Origin: Octopus vulgaris
Taxonomy: Eukaryota
Direction of reading: 5' to 3'
Length of the DNA stretch: 64,000 bases
Assembly (NCBI GenBank): GCA_951406725.2
Contig: OX597842.1
Span: forward strand, 3,410,001-3,474,000
In this document: piece after piece, positions 1 to 12,662 of the stretch
How positions within the stretch are numbered: the stretch's first letter is position 1
Layout: each line of letters starts with the position of its first letter
Program-made: the position numbers and the translations under genes
Notes under the pieces: model-generated
The model's input: the letters and a program-made list of their open reading frames with translations, nothing else
Told to the model about the DNA's origin: nothing
Databases searched by the model: none

Positions 1-141
<141 letters not shown>

Positions 142-500
142 GTATGTATATATAACATATTTGACGTCATGTTTACACTAGCTGCACCTATTAGCTTGAC
201 CCCTGTCTGGAGCCTAGGGCCACGCCCTCCGGCTTCTTATTTGTATCTCCGTTCCTATCGCTGTTCCCATTTGCTTTATCTCCTTATCATGTCTAGCTGG
301 CTGTCAATTATATACACATATTCTCGCACGCGCGCACACAAATATGTGTACATGTACATTTATAAGCATGGTTATCTTTGTGTACATGCATATATACATA
401 TATAAATATATATATATGTATATATTATGTATATATATATTATATATATACACACACACAAATATATACATTTATATATATATAGTATATATATATATAT

Positions 501-602
501 AGTATAGAAGCCATCTTATCATGGCTAACCACATAAGATGGCTTCTATACTTTACTTTATCGAGCGATTAGTTTCAATCTCATTCTGAGATTTAATTATG
601 CC
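501..602. mobile_element. Short TA-embedded element with a 19-bp hairpin, probably a Penelope-like terminus
   Basis: AGTATAGAAGCCATCTTAT (501-519) pairs with ATAAGATGGCTTCTATACT (533-551). The minus strand carries a decayed stemII-GAAA-ctaa-TC motif. Flanked by (TA)n. Confidence 0.45.
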
Positions 603-634
603 TATATATATATATATATATACACGCATAGATG

Positions 635-682
<48 letters not shown>

Positions 683-917
683 AAGAAATATATAGAGAGA
701 GACACATACTCATGTGAGTTACATACGTCTGAATATATATGTATGTATATATGCATATGTGTGTGTGTGTATCTGTGTTTTAAAAGTATCTCTTGATCTA
801 TACATGCCTTCTATCTATATCTATCTAAATCTATCTATTTATCTGTTTATGAATCTATCTATCTATCTATCTCTATATATAATAAGTATACATTTATATA
901 TATATACATATATATAT

Positions 918-993
<76 letters not shown>

Positions 994-1034
994 GTTTACC
1001 TACCTATCTTTATCAATTTATGTATCTATCTATA

Positions 1035-1195
1035 TCTTAACCCCTAGGCTCTGAGTTGAAATTCCTGGGCTGTTGATTTGCCCTTTATCTCTCGGGGTCG
1101 ATAAAATATGTACCAGTTGAACCCTGCGGTCAATATAATCGGCTTACTTCCACTCTATAAAATTTCTGGCTCTGTGCCGAAACTAACAAAAATTG
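1035..1195 (+). mobile_element. tRNA-SINE family B, degenerate copy
   Basis: ctgagttgaaattcc...ggggtcgataaaat..gtaccagtt matches the family B body seen elsewhere in the window. Confidence 0.7.
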
Positions 1196-1242
1196 CCATA
1201 TTTTTCAATATACAACTTTAATTTTTCGCATAAAAATTTACA

Positions 1243-1415
1243 GTAAAGATTTTATGCCAACATATCATGGCAGTTCTGAGATTTAACCCCAGGAGACATC
1301 GTCTCCAGCTGGCTATACGACACGATTTGTGTCCTTATATTTTCGAACATATAAGGACACAGATCATGTCGTATAGCCCGCTGGAGATGATGTTATGTTG
1401 GCAAACAATCTTTAC
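1243..1415. mobile_element. Palindromic MITE-like element
   Basis: 45-bp imperfect arms 1296-1340 and 1349-1393 around an 8-nt loop, plus outer arms gtaaagat..tgccaacata / tatgttggca..atctttac. Confidence 0.6.
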
Positions 1416-1964
1416 ACCAAAGTACTGTTGCTGAATTATCTCACGTTGTGAGAAATAAAAATAGTAATTTTCTAAAAATTTACAGCCAAAAACTTAAGTC
1501 GACTAACAAACGAGGTTGAATTTGAAAGCCCCAAAAGTCCTTATGAAATGGAACAGGGTTTGCAAAGATAGCGACGATGTTTAAATGTTTACACTACATT
1601 TTTAAAACTATGTCCTACTTTGACTTGTATGCCGGTAATACGGTTTATATGTGCAAAATCCGCTTTTGGATGTGTTTTTTTCAATAAGTTAGTGGGACTT
1701 CGAAACGAAATCTATTTTTCAATGTGTTCAATTATTCAGTTATTATTGACAGGCTGTTTGGTAAAAAGTTTGTTTCCTAACCACGTGGTTCTGGGTTCAG
1801 TCCCACAGCAGGGAACCTTGGGTAAGTGTCTTCTACTATAGCCTCGAACCGACCAAAACCGTGTGAGAGAATTTGGTACATGGAAACTGAAAGAAGTCCG
1901 TCACACACATACACAGACATGTATACATATATATATAGATGAGTGTATTTTTCCCTTGTACTTA

Positions 1965-2009
1965 TTCCTTTAGAATAATATCAGTGATATCTTCGAAACA
2001 TGTGTCGAA
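1965..2009 (+). ncRNA. Degenerate minimal hammerhead motif
   Basis: ttc-CTTTAGA-stemII-GAAA-catgtg-TC-gaa. The core differs from CUGANGA at two positions. Confidence 0.35.
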
Positions 2010-2045
2010 AGTAAAAGTATTTGAATTATACCTGCGTTAAACTCC

Positions 2046-2080
<35 letters not shown>

Positions 2081-2083
<3 letters not shown>

Positions 2084-2195
2084 CGGAGTAAACACATAAA
2101 TGTGAAACAAGGTGGAAAAAAGAGTACTCAAATACTGGCAACGGGAAACTCAGAGTAACAGGTTTTGTTGAATTTTCTGCTGCTTTAAATAAAGT
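2081..2195. mobile_element. Penelope-like terminus with inverted structure and the 3' half of a hammerhead
   Basis: Contains GAAA-ctcagag-TA-acag. Homologous to 11880-11950 and 12545-12660. Inserted in (TA)n. Confidence 0.6.
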
Positions 2196-2839
2196 ATATA
2201 TATATATATATATATACGCAGTTGGGCAGCAGGTGCGTGTGTCAGTTTTGGAGTCTGTGTTTTCCCCCGCCACAGCCTTGATAACCGGTGTCAGTGTCTT
2301 TATGTCCCTGTAATCTAGTGGTTCTACATAGGAAAGCGGCAGCATAAGTACCAGGCTTAAACAATAAGTCCCGGGGTCGATTCGTTCGTTTAAAGTTCTT
2401 CAAGGTGGTGCCACAGCATGGCCGCAATCTAACGACTGACAGTTAAAATATAAAAGATAAATGATTTACTTAACGCGGTATTTTCTTGAAACTGTGATAA
2501 ACGAGGATCGATGTACGATCAGGCAAAACCGACTCTCACGGAATATTTGATTTTACAGCGTAAATTTATTTTTAAAGTTTCCTTGGAAAGTGCGTCAGTC
2601 ATTTTTCACCTTTCACGTGATGAACATCACAACCTTTACCATTACCTTTACAGCCGAACACAAACACCACTCTACCACCACCACCACCACCACCACTGCT
2701 ACAGACTATACACTAATGTGATCCCTCGTGACGTCAGCCATCATTACCGCCGTCGCGCCTCCAGCTATAAAAGCTAGCGTCACCACCTCCTCCGCAAACA
2801 AGCAGCACTGATCCACGTGACCAATTTTACCAATGTTCC

Positions 2840-3620
2840 GACCACGACCACCAGCACCGATATCATTACCGTCACCTTCACCACCACCATCACCACCACA
2901 ACCACAACCACCACTACTACCACCACAACCACCACCACCACCACTACCACCACTACCACCACAACCACCACCAACACCACCAACACCACAACCACAACCA
3001 CAACCACCACCACAACCACCACCAACACCAACACCACAACCACAACCACCACCACTACCACCACAACCACCACCACCACAACCACCACCACAACCACCAC
3101 CACCACCACCACAACCACCACCACCACCACCACCACCACCACCACCACCACCACCACCACCACCACCACCAACACCACAACCACAACCACCACCACTACC
3201 ACCACAACCACCACCACCACAACCACCACCACAACCACCACCACCACTACCACCACAACCACCACCACCACCACTACCACCAACACCACCACACCACCAC
3301 CACCACCACCAGAACCAACCCAACCACTATAATCAACCAAGCCACCACAACCACTACCGGCACTACCATCAGCATCACTACCACTGCTACAACCACCACT
3401 ACCACCAATACCACCATCACTCCAACAATCACGACGATCACTACCACCATTGCCATCGCCTACATTACCACCACCACCATCATCATTATAACTACCTCAA
3501 CCATCAAAACCACTACAACCATCACCTACAACAATAACAAAACCACCACCATCACCACCACCATCATCAGTCCCACCATCGTCATCACCACCACCATCGT
3601 CACTAAAACCACCACCACCA
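2840..3620. repeat. (CCA/CAA/CTA)n degenerate triplet tract
   Basis: Visible low complexity that gives poly-T, poly-P, poly-V and poly-G ORFs on both strands. Confidence 0.95.
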
Positions 3621-3853
3621 GTAATTATCACGACATGAAACTGATAACATCAATCTCACTTTGGTCCCGTGGATTCTCTGAGACAGATGGATACAGGTTT
3701 CGGTTTTGGCACGTCAAACAGTCATTACGATAATGTTATACACACTAACCTAATTCTTCATGTATAATTCATTTAAATATTTATACACACAGATATACAT
3801 ACACGCACAAACAAAAGCACATTCGCGCATACATACACACACACACACATGTA

Positions 3854-3902
<49 letters not shown>

Positions 3903-3977
3903 GTATGTATGCATACAATGCATAATACACACATTTACATACATGTATGTAAATGTGCGTGTCTGTGCATACTCTCT

Positions 3978-4339
3978 CTCTTTTACATGGACCAACGCAT
4001 TTAGTCGAGCAAATCGACCCCAGGATTTATTCTTTGTAAGCCTAGTACTATTCTATCAGTCTCTTTTGCCGAACCGCTAAGTTACGGGAACTTAAACACA
4101 CCAGCATCGGTTGTCAAGCGATGTTGGTGGGACAAACACAGACAAACAAAAACAAATACGCATACATATATACATATATACGACGGGCTTCTTTCAGTTT
4201 CCATCTACCAAATCCACTCACAAGGCTTTGGTCGACCCGAGGCTATAGTTGAAGACACTTGCCCAAGGTGCCACTCAGTGGAACTGAACCCGGAACCATG
4301 TGGTTGGTAAGCAAGCTACTTACCACACACCCACTCCTG

Positions 4340-4343
<4 letters not shown>
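3978..4343 (-). mobile_element. SINE family A
   Basis: Reverse complement of the head ggcgcaggagtg(g)gtgtgtggtaagtagc plus a tail with an internal CA/TA tract. Confidence 0.9.
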
Positions 4344-4418
<75 letters not shown>

Positions 4419-4444
4419 ATTATATATATATATATTTATATATA

Positions 4445-4485
<41 letters not shown>

Positions 4486-4592
4486 TCTTTGTATTTGTAT
4501 TGCAGGAGATACAATATATATACACGCAAACACAGATTAACATATGTTTGTATGTATGTACACACATACACACACACACATATATATATATA

Positions 4593-4814
4593 TATTTCTT
4601 TACTGCCCACAAGTGGCTAAACACAGAGGGGACAAACAAGGACAGACAAATGGATTACGTCGACCCCAGTGCGTAACTGGTACTTAATTTATCGACCCCG
4701 AAAGGATGAAAGGCAAAATCGACCTCGGCGGAATTTGAACTCAGAACGTAACAGCAGACGAAATACAGCTACGCATTTCGCCCGGCGTGCTAACGTTTCT
4801 GCCAGCTCGCCGCC
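4593..4814 (-). mobile_element. SINE family B (tRNA head, central gcctttcatcctttcggggtcgataaa domain resembling Meta/MESC-type SINEs)
   Basis: Near full-length. The head ggcggcgagctggcagaaacgttagc carries A/B-box-like motifs (gagttcaaattcc). Confidence 0.9.
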
Positions 4815-5399
4815 TTTGTATATATATATATATACAAGACTACCCGTGGTCGTTTGGGTCATCGGGAAACTCTGAGTTTACCACCAACAGAGTTTTGTTT
4901 CGTGTTTTTTTTTTCTTTTCCAGGTTATTTCGCATACATTCAATGAATGTGACATTGAAATCACGTGTAAACGGCTCCTTTTCCCAGAAAAGGAAAGATT
5001 TAGCTGCTATGTAACAGGTATTTCGTGTCCTTTAACGCAAATAGCCTTTGCATGGTGTCAAGGAGAACTAGAAATAGCCGCTAAATACGTTGAATGCACT
5101 GGAAAAAAAAACTATGGAATAAATATTTCAAACTGAGATTTTGAACAGGTCTTTTACGAAATTTTTATAGGATTTTTAAAGTCATTTTCACTTCAGAATA
5201 TTTTTTAAATATACCAAAAAAATTTCTTATGACGGTATTCACATGAAAACATTTTTAAAAACCATTAAAATATTGTCTGTTTAAAGAAAGCTAAAATATA
5301 ATTACTTACTATACAAACAACCTACATTTTTGAAATCAAATTCACTTTAAAATATTTCTAAATTATTAGAATATTGTATTTAAAAAAAACGAAAATAGA

Positions 5400-5668
5400 A
5401 AGATAAGAGTTTCTTCCCTTTTAGGATGACGATTATTTTATGAAAATTTTCTCATCAAGCACTATTTTGGGTATTTATAACCCGAAAATATTTAGTATCT
5501 AGAAAACCACTTTACCTATTTACACAAATCTTGTTTCATTCCGTTCGTATTAACATTTCAGGGTAAACTTAATTCGTAGTATTTTCCCAAGTATGCACCA
5601 GTTTGGTTGAGTAATATTGCAAGCAAGCACGCAAACAAGATTCAAACTGACTTTTAATTTATTATAGA

Positions 5669-5671
<3 letters not shown>
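5400..5671 (-). mobile_element. Possible non-autonomous Helitron 5' end
   Basis: The minus strand begins a|TCTTCTATAATAAA, typical of Helitron 5' termini. No 3' end was found. Confidence 0.3.
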
Positions 5672-5730
<59 letters not shown>

Positions 5731-5763
5731 TAATCAAAATAAAAACATGATGCCAAGGATTCA

Positions 5764-5841
5764 GCGGTACATATGTTTCGGGCCTTTATTAGACGGATTT
5801 ATAACAATGCATAATGTGTGTCTGTGGCCTTCTTCAGCCGC
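5764..5841 (-). ncRNA. Type I hammerhead ribozyme with long stem II, in a Penelope-like terminus (about 5726-5940)
   Basis: Minus strand reads gcgg-CTGAAGA-aggcc...ggccc-GAAA-catatg-TA-ccgc. Paralog at 57993-58085. Confidence 0.75.
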
Positions 5842-5933
5842 GCACAACTACTTCCACAAGGACATGTATTACATCAAAAATTCATATACAGGTGCTTACA
5901 ATTATCAAGTACTCACCCCGAATTTCTGTACAC

Positions 5934-6006
<73 letters not shown>

Positions 6007-6036
6007 CCTATATATATATATGTATATATGTATATA

Positions 6037-6087
<51 letters not shown>

Positions 6088-6118
6088 GTATATATGTATA
6101 TATATATATATATATGTG

Positions 6119-6169
<51 letters not shown>

Positions 6170-6345
6170 ATAGCAGAGTGATTGGCACGCTATACAGACT
6201 CGTCTCATAATTCTATAAGTTAAGTATGAGCCTAATAGTAGCTAATGGTGCTTTTAATCAAATGATACACATACATGCTATATGTGTATGATGGGATAAT
6301 CAATTTGTGATTGTGTATATATATTAATATGCCTCAATGTGTGTG

Positions 6346-6849
<504 letters not shown>

Positions 6850-6854
<5 letters not shown>

Positions 6855-7000
6855 GTCAATTGAGTGAAAATAACAACTCAAAAGACAGATGAAAATGAAC
6901 GTGCACAAGAATTATATCAGTTTGACGCTCGGTGACAGGAGAGAGATTTTAACGTTTCAAGCATGGCTCTTTGTCAGAAAGGAGAAAGGTAAAAGTACAT
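6850..7000 (-). mobile_element. Penelope-like 3' terminus with degenerate hammerhead (about 6947-6981)
   Basis: Minus strand reads ttt-CTGACAA-agagccatgctt-GAAA-cg-TT-aaa. Homologous to 58800-58945 and 42190-42275. Confidence 0.55.
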
Positions 7001-7004
7001 ACAA

Positions 7005-7159
<155 letters not shown>

Positions 7160-7167
7160 TATATATA

Positions 7168-7770
7168 GGCGCAGGAGTGGCTGTGTGGTAGAAAGCTTGC
7201 TCCTCAACCAGATGGTTCCCGCTTCAGTCCCACTCCGTGGCACCTTGGGCAAGTGTCTTCTACTATACTATCGGGCCGATCAATGCCTTCTCAATGGATT
7301 TGGTAGATGGAAACTGAAAGAAACCCGTCGTATCTGCATATATATGTATGTGCGTGTCTGTGTGTCTGTGTTTGTAGCCCCACCATCGCTTGACAGCCGA
7401 TGCTGGCGTGTTTATGTCCCCGTAACTTAGCGGTTCGGCACCGATAGAATAAGTGCATAAGTGCTAGGCTTACAAAGAATAAGTCCTGGGGTCGATTTGT
7501 TCGACCAAAGGCGGTGCTCCAGTATGGTCGCAGTTAGAATGACTGAAACAAGTAAAAGAATAAAAGAAAGTATATATATATGTATAGCATTGCTTGACAA
7601 CTGATGCTGGTGTGTTTACGTCCCTGTCACTTAGCGGTTCGGCAAAAGAGACCGATAGAATAAGTACTGGGCTTACAAAGAATAAGTCCCGGGGTCGAGT
7701 TGCTCGACTAAAGGCGGTGCTCCAGCATGGCCGCAGTCAAATGACTGAAACAAGTAAAAGAGTAAAAGAG
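7168..7770 (+). mobile_element. SINE family A, full copy (7168-7568) plus a duplicated tail (7586-7770)
   Basis: Head, internal TA/TG tract and a tail ending gaaacaagtaaaaga. Confidence 0.92.
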
Positions 7771-8439
7771 ATATATAAAGAGAGAGAGAGAGAGGGAGAG
7801 AAAGAGAGAGAGAAGCAGAAAAAGTGAGGAGAAGGGAGAGATTACAATTTATAAAATGATCGCTATTAAGATTTTCCGTCTTCCCTCAGACATAAATAAA
7901 ATTATGTTCACATGCATAGAGAAAAAGAGAGATAGATAGAAGAGAGAGGGAGAGAGAGAGAGAGAAAGAGGGAGAGAGGAAGACATTAAAATGAGGATAT
8001 CACAAAGACGTCAGATAAGTCAGTGTTAAAACAACGACGCCAAAAGGGCGGCGCCCGAACGTCTCATATCCTGACCATCATAAAACATGTTTTGCTTAAC
8101 TTATACGATGTGCCACCCTCCTGTTCGAAGAACCGAAACCTCAAACTCATTATTTTGAGCCTAACACCCCTACAACTACTCCATGCAGCTTTACGTGGGA
8201 TATGGCCTTGAAATGCGTTCAGGAGGTTGAGGAGGAGGGGAGGAGGAGGAGGAAGTATATGAAGGGAATGTCCCCTTCATGGAAATGGTTATTTTAAGTA
8301 CATTATTGCAATATTATTTGAGTTAACTGAAGGATCTCTATGTGGTCATCCGAATTGCTCGTAATAGCAACCAAAATCTCCCTCAAATGTTTGTCGTGAA
8401 AGTAGAGAAGCTCATTGCAACTAAAACAAACGTTATAAA

Positions 8440-8578
8440 TAGCACAACACCACCACCGTCAACATCACTGTAACAACATCACAACGCCACCGTCACCACT
8501 AGAGCTCCACCGTCACCACTAGAGCTCCACCGCAACCTACTATGACCTATACAAACACAACTACAACAGCTACTGCTC

Positions 8579-8638
<60 letters not shown>

Positions 8639-9180
8639 TTAGTACTGCTGTTACAACAACAGCAACAACTACTACAATCCATCACCGCCACCACCACTAC
8701 CACCGCTACTACTACCTGTACCACAAGTATCACAACCACCACCACTACTACTAACACAGCCGCTATTACTACCATCACCACCACCACCGCCGCCACCACC
8801 ACTACCACCGCTTCTAGTACCAGTACGACTACTATCACAACTACCACCACCACCACTACCACCGCTACTTCTACCAGTACCACTACTATCACAGCCACCA
8901 CCACTATCACTACTACTACTACTACTACTACCAAAAACCACCACCACCACCACCACCACCACCACTACTACTACTACTACAAATAACACAACCACCACTA
9001 CCATCACCAACACCACCACCGCCACCACCACTACCACCGCTACTACTATCACAACCACCACCACTACAACCATCACCCTACTACTACTACTACTACCAAT
9101 AACACGACCACCACTACTACAACCAGTACCACTACTATCACAACTACCACCACCACCACTACTACCACCACCACCACTCT
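8440..9180. repeat. (CCA/CTA)n triplet tract
   Basis: Visible low complexity. Confidence 0.95.
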
Positions 9181-9409
9181 CACCCGGCTAACCCAAGTAA
9201 CAATTACATATTTCGTAGCCGTTATTAAAACTCATTACATTTCATGCCATTCCGGATATCCGTTAGAAAATTTCGCTCGCGGGTTCGATTCAACGCCAGG
9301 GTAGAGAATGCCCCATGATTCAATTAATTTCATCGTTAATTTTCTTCATTATTTCTTATTTTATTATTATTTTCTTTTTACTTTACCTTAAACTTTCATT
9401 TTCTTAATG

Positions 9410-10330
9410 TGGTGAAGGTGGCGGTGATAGGGCTGGTGGTGGTGGTGGTTGTAGTAGTAGTAGTGGTCGTGGTGATGGTGCTGTACTTTTGATAGGGTCG
9501 TAGTAGTGGTGTTGGTGGTGGTGGTGGCGATGGTGGTATGGTGGTAGCGGTGATGGTGTTGGTAGTGGTGATGGTGTTAGTAGTGGTGATGTGGTGGTGG
9601 TGGTGGTGGTGATGGTGGTATGGCGGTAGTGGTGATGATGTTGGTAGTGGTGATGGGGTGGTGGTGGTGGTGATGGTGAAGGTAATGATGGTTGTATTGG
9701 CGGTGGAAGTGAAAGTGGTGAAGGTAGGAACGATGGTGTTAGGTGTGATGGTGGTGATGGTTGTAGTGGTGGATGTGACGGTAGTGGTCATGGTGTTGGT
9801 ATACGTGATACTACTGGTATGGTGATGGTGGTGTTGGTGGCAGTGACGATGGTGGAGTTAGCGGTTGTAGTGGTGGTGGTGATAGTGATGGTCACGGTGG
9901 TCTTAGTGGTGGAGAAAGTTGTTGTTGTGGTGATGATGATAGTGGTGGTGGTGGTAGTGGTGGAGGTGGTGGTGAAGCTGTTATTGATGGTGGTGGGCGT
10001 GGTCGTTCCTGACACGGGGCGGGGGGGTTAAGATGTAGACAGCGTAGGTGTTAGTTGTTATGGTTATAGTTCCAGTGGTAGTAGCAGTGATATTCGATGG
10101 AGTGATGGCGGCGATGGTGGCGGAAGAGGCGGCGGCGGCGGCGGGGACTTCGTAGTTGTAGTTAGTGGGCGTGGTCCTTACGGTGATGGGGTGTCAAGGA
10201 GTATGGAGTGTTTGCGTTGGTTGTTATGGTTATGGTTACGATTGCAGTGCGGGGGGGGACGCTGGTGGTGGTGGTGGTGGCGACGACGATGATGATGGTG
10301 GTGGTGGTGGTGGTAGGGCTGCTAGAGGGA
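9410..10330. repeat. (GGT/GAT/AGT)n triplet tract
   Basis: Visible low complexity, complementary in composition to 8440-9180. Confidence 0.95.
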
Positions 10331-10442
10331 ATGTGGTAGTGAGGTGGAAGGCGGGGTGGATGGATTACAACGGACCGTTATAATTATACATGTATGCCTT
10401 TCCAAAACGTAAACGATGCCCGGTACAAATTTTATTAAGTCT

Positions 10443-10477
<35 letters not shown>

Positions 10478-10584
10478 AAACACACACACACGCACGCACG
10501 CACGCACGCACACACTTTTACATATATGCACTCACAAACTCATACACACACAGTCACTCACTCATACATATACTAGCTCACTCA

Positions 10585-11203
10585 CATACACAATCTCACA
10601 AACATACACTCTCATGTACACACATACCACACATACACACACATATATGCACTCATACCCATGCACACACACACACACACACAAATACACAAACTATAGC
10701 TTACACACACACACATACACAATCTCACAAACATACACCCTCATACACACACATACCACACATACACACACACATATATGCACCCATACCCATGCACACA
10801 CACACACACAAATACACAAACTATAGCTTACACACACACATACACAATCTCACAAACATACACCCTCATACACACACATACCACACATACACACACACAT
10901 ATATGCACCCATACCCATGCACACACACACACAAATACACAAACTATAGCTCACACACACACATACACAATCTCATAAACATACACTCTCATACACGCAC
11001 ATACCACACATATACACACATATATGCACTCATACCCATGCACACACACACACAAATACACAAACTATAGCTACACACACACATACACAATCTCATAAAC
11101 ATACACTCTCATACACACACATACCACACATAGACACACACTTATATGCACTCATACCCATGTACACACACACACACACAAATGAACAAACTGTAGCTCA
11201 TGC
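10585..11203. repeat. Minisatellite, 5 units of about 120-130 bp, CA-derived
   Basis: catacacaatctc starts recur at 10585, 10714, 10839, 10962 and 11082, with shared aaactatagc and catacccatg landmarks. Confidence 0.9.
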
Positions 11204-11462
11204 ATGCACACAGTCACACACTCACTCACTCACACACAAATAAACACACATATACGTACAAACATGCATATACGTGTGTGTGTGCATGTATGCATTCATA
11301 TATACATTTGTATTCATACATACACACGCAAGCACTCGTCTAAATTCACGCACCCACATACACACATGCATGTACTCTATGTGTTATTCTTTAACAAGAA
11401 TAATATTGACAGTAACTTCGAAGTCTCAACCTACTAAATTATCAGAGAATCCGTTGATGCAT

Positions 11463-11496
<34 letters not shown>

Positions 11497-11518
11497 CATA
11501 TGCTTATAATGATATGTA

Positions 11519-11571
<53 letters not shown>

Positions 11572-11597
11572 AGATAAATAAAAATATATATATATAT

Positions 11598-11849
11598 GCG
11601 GTTCGGCAAAAGAGACCGATAGAATAAGTACTGGGCTTACAATTTGCTCGACTAAAGGTGGTGCTCCATCATGGCGGCAGTCAAATGACTGAAGCAAGTA
11701 AAAGAGTATATATATACTCTTTTACTTGTTTCAGTCATTTGACTGCGGCCATGCTGGAGCACCGCCTTTAGTCGAGCAACTCGACCCCGGGACTTATTCT
11801 TTTTTGTAAGCCCAGTACTTATTCTATCGGTCTCTTTTTGCCGGACCGC
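11598..11849. mobile_element. Two SINE family A tails in tail-to-tail inverted orientation
   Basis: ...aagtaaaagag-tatatatata-ctcttttacttg... with mutually complementary arms. Confidence 0.9.
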
Positions 11850-11911
11850 TAATGACTAAAACATGTAAAAGAAACAGTTTATTTTTAAAGCTACAAAAAC
11901 AGCAAAAAAAC

Positions 11912-11949
11912 CTGCTACTCAGAGTTTCACGTTCCCGTTCGTCGAACAG
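11912..11949 (-). ncRNA. Degenerate minimal hammerhead in an inverted Penelope-like terminus
   Basis: Minus strand reads ctgt-TCGACGA-acg(ggaa)cgt-GAAA-ctctgag-TA-gcag. Confidence 0.55.
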
Positions 11950-11990
11950 TTGTGATTCAGAACGGAAGCAACGAGCGGAATGTAAAACAG

Positions 11991-12160
11991 TGTTGTGTGG
12001 AATCCCCCAGACGACGAAGTAGGCTAGCCTAATACGTAGATATAGAGGGAGAAGCCTAGACGTCAAGAGAACAGTGGAGTAGTAGACTAGAACAGAGCAG
12101 AGTAGCGGTGAGAGTTGAGTCGAAGGCATCCGAACGTGCGATATAACAATGGCGACGAGG
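11991..12160 (+). mobile_element. Short LTR (TGTT...AACA, about 158 bp) followed by a tRNA-Ser(GCU)-type primer-binding site
   Basis: TGTTGTGT at 11991 and ATATAACA ending 12148, then TGGCGACGAGG (12150-12160), complementary to the recalled tRNA-Ser(GCU) 3' end CCUCGUCGCCA. The LTR start is inferred from one copy only. Confidence 0.55.
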
Positions 12161-12162
12161 TT

Positions 12163-12240
12163 GAGATTGGTGATGGAACTACAGGTGTTGTTGTTGTATT
12201 GGCTGGTGCTTTGTTGGAACAAGCTGAGAAATTGCTAGAC
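12163..12240 (+). pseudogene. CCT5: Fragment of T-complex protein 1 subunit epsilon (chaperonin CCT5)
   Basis: Translates [26 protein letters not shown], versus recalled CCT5 [25 protein letters not shown], which contains the GDGTT ATP-binding motif. One extra Val from GTT slippage. No splice context and no other exons seen. Confidence 0.85.
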
Positions 12241-12243
12241 GAC

Positions 12244-12532
12244 GGAGCCGAGCTGGCAGAATCGATAGCACGCCGGGCGAAATGCTTAACAGTATTTCGT
12301 TTGTCGTTACGTTCTGAGTTCAAATTCCGCCGAGGTCGACTTTGCCCTTCATCCTTTCAGGGTCGATAAATTAAGTACCAGTTACGCACTGGGGTCGATG
12401 TAATCGATTTAATCCGTTTGTCTGTCCTTGTTTGTCCCCTCTGTGTGTAGCCCCTTGTGTAAAGAAATAAGAATCGTTAGCACGCCGAGCGAAATGCTTA
12501 GCGTACGTTCTGAGTTCAAATTCCGCCGAGGA
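12244..12532 (+). mobile_element. SINE family B, full copy plus a partial second head
   Basis: gagctggcagaatcgatagcacgccgggcgaaatgc...gtgtagccccttgtg..aaagaaata. Confidence 0.9.
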
Positions 12533-12544
12533 CATAACAAACAC

Positions 12545-12662
12545 TAAGTAGCAGATTTTTGTGGTGTTTTGCAGGTTTAATAATAAAGTGTATTACTCTA
12601 CCTCCCGTATTGGAGTACTTTTTTCCTACCGTGTTTCACGTTGATGTGGTTACTCTGGTGTA
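12545..12662 (+). mobile_element. Penelope-like 3' terminus
   Basis: tattactctacctcccgtattggagtac...gtttcacgttgatgtggttactct is the reverse-complement homolog of 2081-2135. Confidence 0.55.

Larger units (their letters stand above)
1750..2460 (+). mobile_element. tRNA/CORE-like SINE family A, head and tail split by nested Penelope-like fragments
   Basis: Head (ggttcagtcccac..accttgggtaagtgtcttctactatagcc) at about 1750-1905 and tail (gtccctgtaa..ggtgccacagcatggccgca) at about 2235-2460. Confidence 0.8.

Noticed and set aside
2706-3537. Mucin-like poly-Thr, formin/extensin-like poly-Pro and Gly/Cys-rich ORFs (also at 20808-21635)
   Set aside because: Stop-free triplet repeats are open in multiple frames, with no unique domain or splice context.
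3660-3672. TTTGGTCCC, resembling the miR-133 5' end
   Set aside because: The match stops after 9 nt and no precursor hairpin is evident.
12115-12369. 84-aa ORF as a functional CCT5 gene or exon
   Set aside because: Only 26 codons match. The flanks are LTR-like and SINE sequence, there is an extra Val and no other CCT5 exon is visible.
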